In this document: positions 8,908 to 17,494 of the stretch, one piece after another
Layout of the letters: every line of letters starts with the position of its first letter
Position numbering within the stretch: position 1 is the stretch's first letter
Virus record (IMG/VR): IMGVR_UViG_3300030098_005893
Coordinates: 44,944-64,943 of that record
DNA: 20,000 nt
Strand: one strand, 5' to 3'
From: an uncultured virus (IMG/VR IMGVR_UViG_3300030098_005893)
Lineage: Duplodnaviria; Heunggongvirae; Uroviricota; Caudoviricetes
Translations under genes and position numbers: made by a program
Notes under the pieces: model-generated
What the model saw: the letters and a program-made list of their open reading frames with translations, nothing else
Told to the model about the DNA's origin: nothing
Databases searched by the model: none

Positions 8908-9162
8908 ATGCTTACAAGGTCAGGAAGAGAACTTTTAGCCTCCGGAAAGGGGGCCTCAGGAACAGAAGCCGCATGGACGCTTTCTGGTGACGGTTATGCT
9001 GCTGACGATCTTCATCCATGCACTCCATTTAACGGACTCTTAGGAGTCTCTACAGCGTGGAAAGAAGACGACTCCACTGGGGACCTCTCCCCTCTTGCCG
9101 CCCCCGCAAGCGACTCTCATTTTACAGTTTCTGGATCAGACCTAGTCACTAACGCAACATAG
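8908..9162 (+). CDS. Small hypothetical protein upstream of the tail fibre
   Basis: 84 aa, ending 2 nt before the fibre ATG. Confidence 0.55.
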   Translation: MLTRSGRELLASGKGASGTEAAWTLSGDGYAADDLHPCTPFNGLLGVSTAWKEDDSTGDLSPLAAPASDSHFTVSGSDLVTNAT

Positions 9163-9164
9163 AA

Positions 9165-11090
9165 ATGGCCACTCCAAACATAATCCCCAACGCCAACAAC
9201 GAAGGCAAATTAGGAAAATCTGGGACCCAGTGGTCCGAGGTTAGGGGGCAGACAATTTACCAAAACGGGAACCCAGTTGCAAATTTGGCGTCTCCCGAAT
9301 TTACCGGGGCCCCTAAGGCTCCCACGCCGGGAAGCTCTGACAACGACACACACATTGCAACTACGGCATGGGTGACGACTTTTCTTACCGGGATTTACAC
9401 AAAAATCCACGGCTCCCCTACTGCCGGGAACCTGTTTAAGTCTAAAGCTGGGGGGCTTATTGAGGATAGTGGTCACTCTACCGCAACCCTGCTCGATAGA
9501 GCTAACCACACAGGCGCTCAGGCCCAAAGCACTGTCACAGACCTTGTGAGTGATCTTGCAACGATAACCAGTAATGTTGCAACAAACACCTCTGCCATCT
9601 CAGGCAAGGCGGCCACTTCCCACACCCACACAAGTGCTGACATTACTGACGCAACAGATGCGGCTACAGTTAGCAAGGTTGTAAAACGAAGCGCAACAGG
9701 GGCCGCGTCATTCGCGTCTACCGGGACAAACAAAGCTGTTAGCGCGTCATCAACTGGAACCAATGGATACGGGGTATATGGGGCCTCCACAGGGAACACC
9801 AGCTATTCCGTTTTTGGATTTAACACAGGGACAGGAGGAACTGCTGGCCACTTCTCCAATGGTGCTTCCAGCGGAAAAGGGCTTATTGCCGATAACAACC
9901 AGACCTCAGCTATCATCCTTGAAGCAAGGCACTCAACCAACCCAATGTTTACCGTTCTCACCGGATCAAAGGTGAGACTGTATAACACTGCTTCATCATA
10001 TTATTCTGAGATCGACCACGGCACTTTAACGGCCAACAGAACGATAACGTGGCCGGATGCTACCGGGACAGTTACTCTTGGAGACGGAGGGGGGATCACT
10101 GACGCAGGGGCGTTCAGAACGGCTCTGGGGGTTGGCACAGGCGACTCTCCCTCGTTCACTAAGACCTCCGTAACCTCCTCCACTTCTGAAGGATACAACT
10201 TTAGCTCTGGAGCTAAAATTGCCCTAGAAAACGCCGCCAATACCAGCAAGTTTCAACTCCCTCACGGGGGAGGAAGCACAGAAAAGCTGGTGGACGGGGA
10301 CGGCAGAGGCATTACTGATGCTGCGGCATTCAGGACCGCAATTGGGTCTCCCAACATCGCCGGGGACACGTTTACAGGGACTGTCGTAATCGACCCCGCG
10401 AGTGGCTCCAACATGATTAGGATGGACGGGCCTTCTGGTGGATACGCCCTGCTTACTTTTGACTCATCCACCACTAGGAGCCTTGCGGTCCCAGATGCCA
10501 CCGGAAATCTAGCCGTATGCGCCAGCGGGGCAGGGGCAATTGTTGCATCAGATGTAACCGATTCCACCGCCACGGGAAGATCGCTGATGACCGCAGCAGA
10601 TGCGGCAGCAGGAAGGGCGGCTCTGAGCGCGTCAACCCAATCAGCAACCCTTGGATTTGGTGTAATCGCCGGAACAAGGAATAACACCAATGCGACCTCT
10701 GTATCTACAGGGTCTTTTGCAAAAATTCACCCGGGAACCTTTGCCGTAGTTAGTGGGGCCAACTTCAGCGTCCCATCCAGCTCGGAAGCCAAGGTTACTT
10801 ATGGCGGCTCTGTGACATCAAACTTTTTGGTCACAGCCGTTATGACCGTCAAGAGCGGGGCCTCTGGGACTGTGACTGTTTCTGCTCGGCTGGGCAAAAA
10901 CGATGCCACCATCTCCACTTCAGAGGTAAGCCAGACGTTTTTGAATAATACCCACGAAGACTCGATGACCGTGCAAAACGTGATGAGTCTCGCTAACACG
11001 AATACTGTGGAGGTCTGGATTGCTAACGAAACCGGCTCAGACAACCCCACTGTTACCGATATTTCGCTAACCCTGATCCCCATGGATTGA
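9165..11090 (+). CDS. Tail fibre protein with C-terminal C1q/TNF-like beta domain
   Basis: Contains fibre motifs LASPEFTGAPKAPT...THIATTAWV and SHTHTSADITD and is G/A/S/T-rich. The C-terminal ...VMSLANTNTVEVWIAN pattern resembles C1q/BclA-like heads. Confidence 0.8.
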   Translation: MATPNIIPNANNEGKLGKSGTQWSEVRGQTIYQNGNPVANLASPEFTGAPKAPTPGSSDNDTHIATTAWVTTFLTGIYTKIHGSPTAGNLFKSKAGGLIEDSGHSTATLLDRANHTGAQAQSTVTDLVSDLATITSNVATNTSAISGKAATSHTHTSADITDATDAATVSKVVKRSATGAASFASTGTNKAVSASSTGTNGYGVYGASTGNTSYSVFGFNTGTGGTAGHFSNGASSGKGLIADNNQTSAIILEARHSTNPMFTVLTGSKVRLYNTASSYYSEIDHGTLTANRTITWPDATGTVTLGDGGGITDAGAFRTALGVGTGDSPSFTKTSVTSSTSEGYNFSSGAKIALENAANTSKFQLPHGGGSTEKLVDGDGRGITDAAAFRTAIGSPNIAGDTFTGTVVIDPASGSNMIRMDGPSGGYALLTFDSSTTRSLAVPDATGNLAVCASGAGAIVASDVTDSTATGRSLMTAADAAAGRAALSASTQSATLGFGVIAGTRNNTNATSVSTGSFAKIHPGTFAVVSGANFSVPSSSEAKVTYGGSVTSNFLVTAVMTVKSGASGTVTVSARLGKNDATISTSEVSQTFLNNTHEDSMTVQNVMSLANTNTVEVWIANETGSDNPTVTDISLTLIPMD

Positions 11091-11110
11091 TCTCCCCCCG
11101 GAGGGAGGCT

Positions 11111-11817
11111 ATGAGAACCCCCAAAACAAACAGGTCCTGCGTGGCGCTTGCAATTATTGCAAGCTGCTTTGCGTTTGTGTCGTGTTCTCCCTCGGTCACA
11201 CAGGCACCGCCAGCCATAGCGGTTCCCAAATTATCTCCAAAGCCCAATATAGCCAATACGGAGGCGCAGGTCCGAAAGGTAGAGGCTAAAGTTGGAGAGG
11301 TGGAAGACGCGGTAAGGGATGTTGGGCACAAGCTCGACGCCGCCAAAGTGACCACAGAAGCCATAGAAAAGGCTGTTGAAGAGGCTTACGCAAACGGGCT
11401 AGAGGCGGGATCTGCTGCCGCTGACGAGCTTCGGGGCTTTGTGGTAGACCTTAGGGCAGAGTTAGACTCGTCTATTGCCGCTAGGGAGTCTGCCGTTGCA
11501 GCATTAAACGAGACCAAAGCGGCTCTAACCAAGGCAGAGCAAGCAAACCTCCAGTTGCGATCTGAGATAGAGGCTATGGCCGTCCAGAACAAAGGCTTAC
11601 TNNNNNNNNNNTCAAAATAGGGATTAAAATTGCTGCTGAAAGAGACGCGGCTCGGGAAAAGGTAGCAAAAGTGGAGTCCCAAAGAGATGAAGCCCTTAAA
11701 TATAAAAGGTTTGTGTGGATTGCGGTAGCCGTGGCGATGCTATATCTTGTCCTGAAAGTTGTTGTTGCAACTGGAACTTGGACACCGCAAGGACGAATTG
11801 CTAAAATACTTTTTTAA
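11111..11817 (+). CDS. Probable unimolecular spanin (lipoprotein signal + coiled coil + C-terminal TM), spanning an assembly gap
   Basis: GGAGG RBS before ATG 11111, lipobox FVS-C and a long coiled coil. After the N run another frame reads KIGIKIAAERDAAREKVAKVESQRDEALKYKRFVWIAVAVAMLYLVLKVVVATG...ILF to TAA 11815-11817. Confidence 0.6.
11602..11611. other. Assembly gap (10 N)
   Basis: Run of ten n; the true length is unknown. Confidence 0.99.
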
Positions 11818-11834
11818 CCAACCAACTGAATCCA

Positions 11835-12101
11835 ATGGAATATACCCAAAGTGCAAACGTAAAGGCCAAGTTCAAGGATAGCGGCATTGATGCCCTGCCC
11901 GTGGACATAAGCTCAACCGATCAGACTCTGTCGCAGGTCGCTAGAGCTTTGGTCATCGGGACTGCCGGGAACCTTAAAGTGACCACGTTGCAAGGCAACA
12001 CTGTGACGCTTGTAGGTGTCCCCGCTGGGGTCTTGCCTCTCTGTGTCACGAAAGTGTTCAGAACAGGAACGACCGCAGCCAACATTAGTGCAATTTTTTA
12101 G
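11835..12101 (+). CDS. Head spike base protein, RcGTA Rcc01079-like
   Basis: 88 aa. RALVIGTAGNLKV...GNTVTLVGVPAGVLPLCVTKVFRTGTTAANISAIF matches the family pattern RALYVG.GG.L.V...G..VTF..VPAG..LP..V.RV..TGTTA..I.AL. Confidence 0.75.
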   Translation: MEYTQSANVKAKFKDSGIDALPVDISSTDQTLSQVARALVIGTAGNLKVTTLQGNTVTLVGVPAGVLPLCVTKVFRTGTTAANISAIF

Positions 12102-12113
12102 ACCCAATAGGAA

Positions 12114-14153
12114 ATGAGAATATTCCCCAGACTGGGCGTCTCTGATGCTCGCAGCGCCTCAGACCCCTATTATTTTAGTAAGGGGTTACTTGTTTTAGAC
12201 GCCAATGAAGGTGTGCTAAAGACGGGCGGCTCTGCGGCGGGATATCTGGATACTGTGGCAGCGTGGCAGAATAAGGCGATTGGCCCGAAGAACTTCTTGT
12301 TCATGCCGGGAACGGTTTACTCTTATGCTTATGTTTCCCATAATAGCAATTTGAATGCGTTCGATGACTTTTGTTTTGAAGTAAATGATGTTCTTATGCC
12401 CGATTGGACCCCATCCAATCACACCCCTTTAATTTCCAAAACGTATCCATCGTATGGTTACGCATCATGGGAGTTCGGTGTAGATACAGATGGTAAGCTC
12501 AGAATTGATCTTTCTTTCGACGGGACCAATGTCACCACCTACAAATCAACCGTAGCCACAGGTGTTTCTGATGGAGGAACGTGTTCAGTTAGGGCGATAA
12601 GAAACAGCAGCACTATATCCTTTGAGATCGACACCGGGTCAGGGTTTGCTGCGCTAGGCACCACAGTGGCAGGGGTAAGCACGACACTCTATGACTCCGT
12701 ATATTCTAACCTAGAGATTGGCAATAAAGAAGGAGGCTCATACTCCTACCCTCTTAAAGGCCAAGTAGGCGGGGCCAAGGTCTACAACACAGCAACTCCA
12801 GATTCGTCTTCTCCCGTTTTCTCTGTTGATTTTTCTTTGGCTACTCGGACAGACAGATCCTTTGCCGTTACAACCGGGCAAACCATTTACTTGCAAGGCG
12901 ATGGTGTTGCTATACAGCAGGCTACTGCTTCTGATGCTGTCCAGACAACCTACTCCTATCGCGGTAAGTATCTAACCCCAAGTGCTAATAATTTGCCTGT
13001 GGGTCACTTTCCCGGCGTTGGCAGTAATTTCTACAGTGTCCCAGATGCCGCAAATCTGGATGGGTGGGGAGATTTTACGATAGAAGCAAAGGGAGTCACC
13101 CTCACAGATTGGACTCCTTCGTCTAATATGGGTCTTGTGTCGAAGTGGACTTCTTCTGGAGCCCAGAGGTCTTGGAGGTTTGACTTAAAGACTAATGGCA
13201 AACTCATTCTCTACCTCTCCTTTAATGGCTCCAGCAATACGGGTTATGAGTCCACATCTTCTACTGGTTTGTCGAACGATTCTACCGCAGACCTTATGGT
13301 AATGAGGAACGGAACTGATGTTAAGTTTTACGTTAATGGTGTGCAGTTAGGGACCGACAAAACCGCAGTCACAACTTCTGTTGCCTCGAAAAGCGCACCA
13401 GTTAGGCTGGGCATGGCCTACAATACTACAGGATCGCCGCTGACAGGCAAATACACTAGGGCTAGGGTGTGGAACTCTGCCGTTGCTAATCCCGCAAACC
13501 CAACAGAAAGCCCCATCTTAGACGTAAATTTTGAGGTGGATGCCACCCACGGAGATTCGTCTTTCACCGCGACTACAGGACAAACTGTTACCGTAAACAC
13601 TTCCGGGGATAACCCTTGTAGCGTCATAGGCTATCCTGTTATTCGTTTTGATGGCGTTGACAACTACTTGTCCGGGCATTTTATCCCTTCCCTAACTAAA
13701 GGAAGGCTGTTTGTGGTCGGCACCATTCTAGGAGGAGGAGGGGAATCCCATGCGAGAGTTTTTAATGTAACCAAGGATACTGACTCTGTTACTGCTAGCA
13801 CTACAGGTGCTGGGCTAATTATCAGGGAAGTAGCAACATCTGATTGGTGGTCATACCATAATGGTTCTGCTGCTGTTGAGCAGAGTGGCAAATACACGGG
13901 TCGAATTCTTGCACAGGTAGACTTCTCCGCTTCTTCCCAAAGCTCCAAAACTAATGACGCCAACCTTCAGACGGCCACAGCCGATTGGTCAGGATTGAAC
14001 TCAAATAAATACGCTATTGCAGGAGGCGCTGATAACGGAAACTGGAACTCGGCAATCGACGTAGAGTTCGTAGCCCTATACCCGGACAGCATGAGCGACT
14101 CAGAGGCCGCTTCAGTGGTGGCCATCTTAAACGAACGATTCAAAATATACTAA
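12114..14153 (+). CDS. LamG/concanavalin-A-like multi-domain fibre, probable head (vertex) fibre
   Basis: Two ~200-aa internal repeats (DWTPS...SK...SW.F....GKL...LSF.G...TTGQT), VKFYVNGVQLG and IRFDGVDNYL motifs; follows the spike base gene. Confidence 0.7.
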   Translation: MRIFPRLGVSDARSASDPYYFSKGLLVLDANEGVLKTGGSAAGYLDTVAAWQNKAIGPKNFLFMPGTVYSYAYVSHNSNLNAFDDFCFEVNDVLMPDWTPSNHTPLISKTYPSYGYASWEFGVDTDGKLRIDLSFDGTNVTTYKSTVATGVSDGGTCSVRAIRNSSTISFEIDTGSGFAALGTTVAGVSTTLYDSVYSNLEIGNKEGGSYSYPLKGQVGGAKVYNTATPDSSSPVFSVDFSLATRTDRSFAVTTGQTIYLQGDGVAIQQATASDAVQTTYSYRGKYLTPSANNLPVGHFPGVGSNFYSVPDAANLDGWGDFTIEAKGVTLTDWTPSSNMGLVSKWTSSGAQRSWRFDLKTNGKLILYLSFNGSSNTGYESTSSTGLSNDSTADLMVMRNGTDVKFYVNGVQLGTDKTAVTTSVASKSAPVRLGMAYNTTGSPLTGKYTRARVWNSAVANPANPTESPILDVNFEVDATHGDSSFTATTGQTVTVNTSGDNPCSVIGYPVIRFDGVDNYLSGHFIPSLTKGRLFVVGTILGGGGESHARVFNVTKDTDSVTASTTGAGLIIREVATSDWWSYHNGSAAVEQSGKYTGRILAQVDFSASSQSSKTNDANLQTATADWSGLNSNKYAIAGGADNGNWNSAIDVEFVALYPDSMSDSEAASVVAILNERFKIY

Positions 14154-14464
14154 TGACTTCCGAAGAAGCAGAACCAGAACTCACCCCCATCGAGCTGTCC
14201 AGAGTCTTGACAGGGCGCAGGTATTACTCTGTTCCTCGCGCAGACTATGACCAAGTTTCAGATGACCTGAACACGAAATATGGCTTGCCTGCGGACGAAG
14301 ATACCATTGCCCCAACTCTGCGAATGATTGCCGAGAAGTCCAACGCGACAGTCTCCGGGGACGAACTATCCTACTTGTTCTCTCTCAGCCAGCCCCACGA
14401 TATTTCTGACATTTCCAGCGTGACTGAACACACCAAGGAAGACTGGGAGGCTCTGGGGGCTTAA
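14153..14464 (+). CDS. Small acidic hypothetical protein, possible fibre partner or chaperone
   Basis: 103 aa with a TAATG overlap with the fibre stop. Confidence 0.6.
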   Translation: MTSEEAEPELTPIELSRVLTGRRYYSVPRADYDQVSDDLNTKYGLPADEDTIAPTLRMIAEKSNATVSGDELSYLFSLSQPHDISDISSVTEHTKEDWEALGA

Positions 14465-14481
14465 CCGATACATAAAGCTAT

Positions 14482-15498
14482 ATGAAAAAAAGCGACAATA
14501 GCATAAGGCGGGACATTGTTTTCGCTATTATTGGAATAGCCATTTTCTACGCCGTTCTGGGCGTTGCAAACTGGCTTGATGGGGCCTTTGGCCTTATCGA
14601 AGCGTTCACGTTCGTGGACATCGCGTCAACGGTAACGAAAACCCTCGTTGCCAGCGCATTAGCGTTTGCCCTGCTCAAGATTGGGTTTAGGCATACGCTT
14701 GGAAGAGACATAGGCAAAACCTTTGATGAGGGCTGGGATGAAACTCCGTCCCCAAATAAGGCAAGGCTTATTATTATCGCGGTGCTGGTGTTCTTCGCCA
14801 GCATTATGCTTTCCGGAGCCAGCGCCTCTCTTAGAGACCTCTCCGTGGAAAGAAGCGGTGTAATCCCCGGCCTCTCGCTGCCAGTCAGCGACGAGGCCCG
14901 GGACCTCATCGTTGGATACGAGGTGGGAGGGAAAATCTATTACCAGAAGTATCTCTCGGGGCCCACATGGCCCGGGGGCGCAAGCGGAGTGACCATAGGG
15001 TTTGGCTACGATCTAGGGTATAACAACGCAACCCAGATTCGCAAAGATTGGGGAGGTCTTCTTTCTTCGTCTGAGGTGAACGCGCTCATTAGCGTATCAG
15101 GAAGAAAGGGGGGTGCCGGGAAATACGCCCTAGCTTCAGTAAAGAACAGGGTGAGGGTTTCATGGGACGAGGCCCAAGAGGTGTTTGATGGCTCCACTTT
15201 GCCAAGGTTTGCAAAAACAACCCAAACGGCATTTGGGCTGTCTGAAGACAGGCTTCACCCGCACAGCAACGGAGCCCTTGTGTCGATTGTGTTCAACAGG
15301 GGCGCAAGCATGAAGGGCAGCAGAAGAAGGGAGATGGCAAACATCAGGGATCACATAGCGGCAGGTTACGCCGGAAGGGTCCCCCGGGAAATCAGGTCTA
15401 TGAAGAGGCTGTGGCAGGGACGAGGGCTGGATGGTCTTATTAAGAGAAGGGATGCAGAGGCTGGTCTTTTTGAAAGAGGTCTTAAAATGAGAAACTAA
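14482..15498 (+). CDS. Endolysin (T4-lysozyme/GH24/pesticin-like muramidase) with three N-terminal hydrophobic helices
   Basis: LIVGYE, WPGGASGVTIGFGYDLG, ALVSIVFNRG and GLIKRRDAEAGLF motifs. Residues ~12-115 contain three hydrophobic segments. Confidence 0.85.
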   Translation: MKKSDNSIRRDIVFAIIGIAIFYAVLGVANWLDGAFGLIEAFTFVDIASTVTKTLVASALAFALLKIGFRHTLGRDIGKTFDEGWDETPSPNKARLIIIAVLVFFASIMLSGASASLRDLSVERSGVIPGLSLPVSDEARDLIVGYEVGGKIYYQKYLSGPTWPGGASGVTIGFGYDLGYNNATQIRKDWGGLLSSSEVNALISVSGRKGGAGKYALASVKNRVRVSWDEAQEVFDGSTLPRFAKTTQTAFGLSEDRLHPHSNGALVSIVFNRGASMKGSRRREMANIRDHIAAGYAGRVPREIRSMKRLWQGRGLDGLIKRRDAEAGLFERGLKMRN

Positions 15499-15522
15499 AC
15501 CAAACCCCACAAACTCAAAGCA

Positions 15523-15966
15523 ATGGACAGCGATCTGAGAAAAAGAATAGAAAAGGCGGCACACAAGCACCCGACACTTACTAATGGCAAAATAGCCCAC
15601 AATTGCAATTGCAAGGTAGCCGATGTTGAGAAAGTAAGAACCGACCTTGGTCTTGAGGTGGTTCATTCTGGCCCAAGAGGGAAAAGGAAACCTGCCTCAA
15701 GGGGAAAGGGTCTTGATCAGTTTCGCGCCAAGCACGATGTGGATCTCATCATCAGGACCAAGGTGATGGAGTATCTATCTGAAGACCATGAGGAGTATTT
15801 TGATGACCATGACTTCCGAGAGATATGCGAGGTTCCTGTTACAGGCTGGAGAAGGCACTCCGACTCGCCAGACTTTGATGAATACAGGTTGAGGAAGGGA
15901 AGCCTTAATGTGTGGGGGCCTAAGCACATAATCCTGCAAATGAAAAAGATCCTCGGGATCATGTGA
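15523..15966 (+). CDS. Hypothetical protein with N-terminal helix-turn-helix-like motif
   Basis: HPTLTNGKIAHNCNCKVADVEKVR resembles the P..SN..IA......V..VR HTH pattern, followed by a basic linker. Confidence 0.6.
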   Translation: MDSDLRKRIEKAAHKHPTLTNGKIAHNCNCKVADVEKVRTDLGLEVVHSGPRGKRKPASRGKGLDQFRAKHDVDLIIRTKVMEYLSEDHEEYFDDHDFREICEVPVTGWRRHSDSPDFDEYRLRKGSLNVWGPKHIILQMKKILGIM

Positions 15967-16838
15967 AGATGCCTAGAAAAAAAGGAAAATCTATTGACGA
16001 GTTTGCCAAGGGTCACGCCAGCAAGATCCTGTCTCTTCGGGATCAGTTGGAGACGCTTGCAAATGAGCGAGCCCTGCAAAGGATCTCCCTTCCCAAAAAG
16101 GCCCCCGCGTTTAAGTTCGGGGTTTTGAGCTGCACCCACTTTGGGTCAATCTACGAGGAAGTTGCAATGACTCGGGCCATTTACGAGTGGTTTGAGCAGG
16201 AGGGTATTAAAACCGTCTACCATTGCGGGGACATGACCGAGGGCGTCCAGATGAGGAAAGGGCATGAGCATGAAGTCCATAAGCACGGGGCTGACGCCCA
16301 GATAGATTGGACGGTTGAGCATTACCCATACATCAAAGGGATTAAGACTCACTTGATCTCTGGAAACCATGACGAGGCCCACATGAAGAATGGCGGCACA
16401 GATGTCTGCGCGAGAATCGCGGAAAAGAGAGAGGACATCAATTATCTAGGGTCAGATGCGGCCCGGTGGGTTGTGGAGAGAAAGGGTGAAAAGGACATTA
16501 GGATAGACATGCTACACCCCGGAGGGGGGAGTAGCTACGCTCTAAGCTACAAGCCTCAAAAGATAATCGAGCAGATTGAGTCGGGCCAAAAGCCAGACAT
16601 CCTGCTTATCGGGCACTTCCACAAAGCGTTTACGTTGCCAGCCTATAGGGGCGTTGCTGCGGTGCTTGCTGGATGCACTCAGAGGCAGTCGCAATTTATG
16701 ATGCGAAATGGCTTAGCCGCACATACAGGGGCCCACATAATCGAGTGCAGGGCCTTTGAAGACCAAGTAATGTTCTCGTCTTGCTGGAGGGGATTCAAGC
16801 CCCCCAAGGCAGATATTCCCGTTATTAACGATGAATGA
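15963..16838 (+). CDS. Calcineurin-like metallophosphoesterase
   Basis: Motifs S(C)TH, GDMTEG, GNHD, HPGGG and GHFH in canonical order. The start is GTG 15963 or ATG 15969. Confidence 0.85.
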   Translation: MKMPRKKGKSIDEFAKGHASKILSLRDQLETLANERALQRISLPKKAPAFKFGVLSCTHFGSIYEEVAMTRAIYEWFEQEGIKTVYHCGDMTEGVQMRKGHEHEVHKHGADAQIDWTVEHYPYIKGIKTHLISGNHDEAHMKNGGTDVCARIAEKREDINYLGSDAARWVVERKGEKDIRIDMLHPGGGSSYALSYKPQKIIEQIESGQKPDILLIGHFHKAFTLPAYRGVAAVLAGCTQRQSQFMMRNGLAAHTGAHIIECRAFEDQVMFSSCWRGFKPPKADIPVINDE

Positions 16839-17494
16839 CCGCTGTGCATATAGACCTTTACACAACACTGACCGCTTTAGGGGCGGCAGCCTCCGCTGTG
16901 CTGGCGATTTGGTCGCTAACAACAAGGGGGAGGTCCGCGTGGAAAGAATGGTGGATAAGAAGAAGGCAGAGGAGGCAAATGCCGCAGTTGCTTCTGTCTA
17001 TAAAAGAAGAGCTTCAGAAAGTCGCGGATAGGCAGGAGTTTTTCACTGCTGAGCTGAAGACAAATGGAGGAACCTCGCTAAAAGATGAGGTAAGGCTGTT
17101 GGTTAGCGAGAGGCTGATGGAGTTGCAAGAGGCTCCATACCCGGCCTTTAGATGCACATCAAACGGGGAGGCTATCTTCGTCAACAGGGCCTATGAGACC
17201 TTGGTTGATGACGACGACTCCAAGTTGGTTGGGCTTGGCTGGCAGTCATTCATTTACGACAGCGAAGAAGGGGACACTTATTATCAAAGGTGGTTGCAAG
17301 TTGCGAAAACGGGCTCGCACTTTGCAGGAAACCTGAAATACAAAGATTCTCATGGAAATTACCGGGGAGAATGGTTTGTCCGCATTGTGCCCCTTGGCCC
17401 ATATAAAGCACACAATCAGATATGGGGAGGAAGAGTGTTTCCTGAGGACGAAGTAGCAGAAGAAATAGCAAAGGAATACGGATGGGCGAGATAG
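16835..17494 (+). CDS. Membrane protein with N-terminal TM helix, coiled coil and C-terminal PAS domain
   Basis: TM TLTALGAAASAVLAIWSL, an Arg-rich stop-transfer segment, and PAS signature PAFRCTSNGEAIFVNRAY...LVGLGWQSFI...YKDSHGNYRGEWFVRIVP. Confidence 0.75.
   Translation: MTAVHIDLYTTLTALGAAASAVLAIWSLTTRGRSAWKEWWIRRRQRRQMPQLLLSIKEELQKVADRQEFFTAELKTNGGTSLKDEVRLLVSERLMELQEAPYPAFRCTSNGEAIFVNRAYETLVDDDDSKLVGLGWQSFIYDSEEGDTYYQRWLQVAKTGSHFAGNLKYKDSHGNYRGEWFVRIVPLGPYKAHNQIWGGRVFPEDEVAEEIAKEYGWAR

Noticed and set aside
11087..11620. Listed 177-aa ORF ending at TAG 11620 as a complete gene or pseudogene
   Set aside because: The stop results from the arbitrary 10-N gap length. The reading continues in another frame to 11817.
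361..14817. TCCGGA palindrome appearing about 11 times
   Set aside because: Only about two-fold over naive expectation by hand count, which is not convincing without a proper null model.
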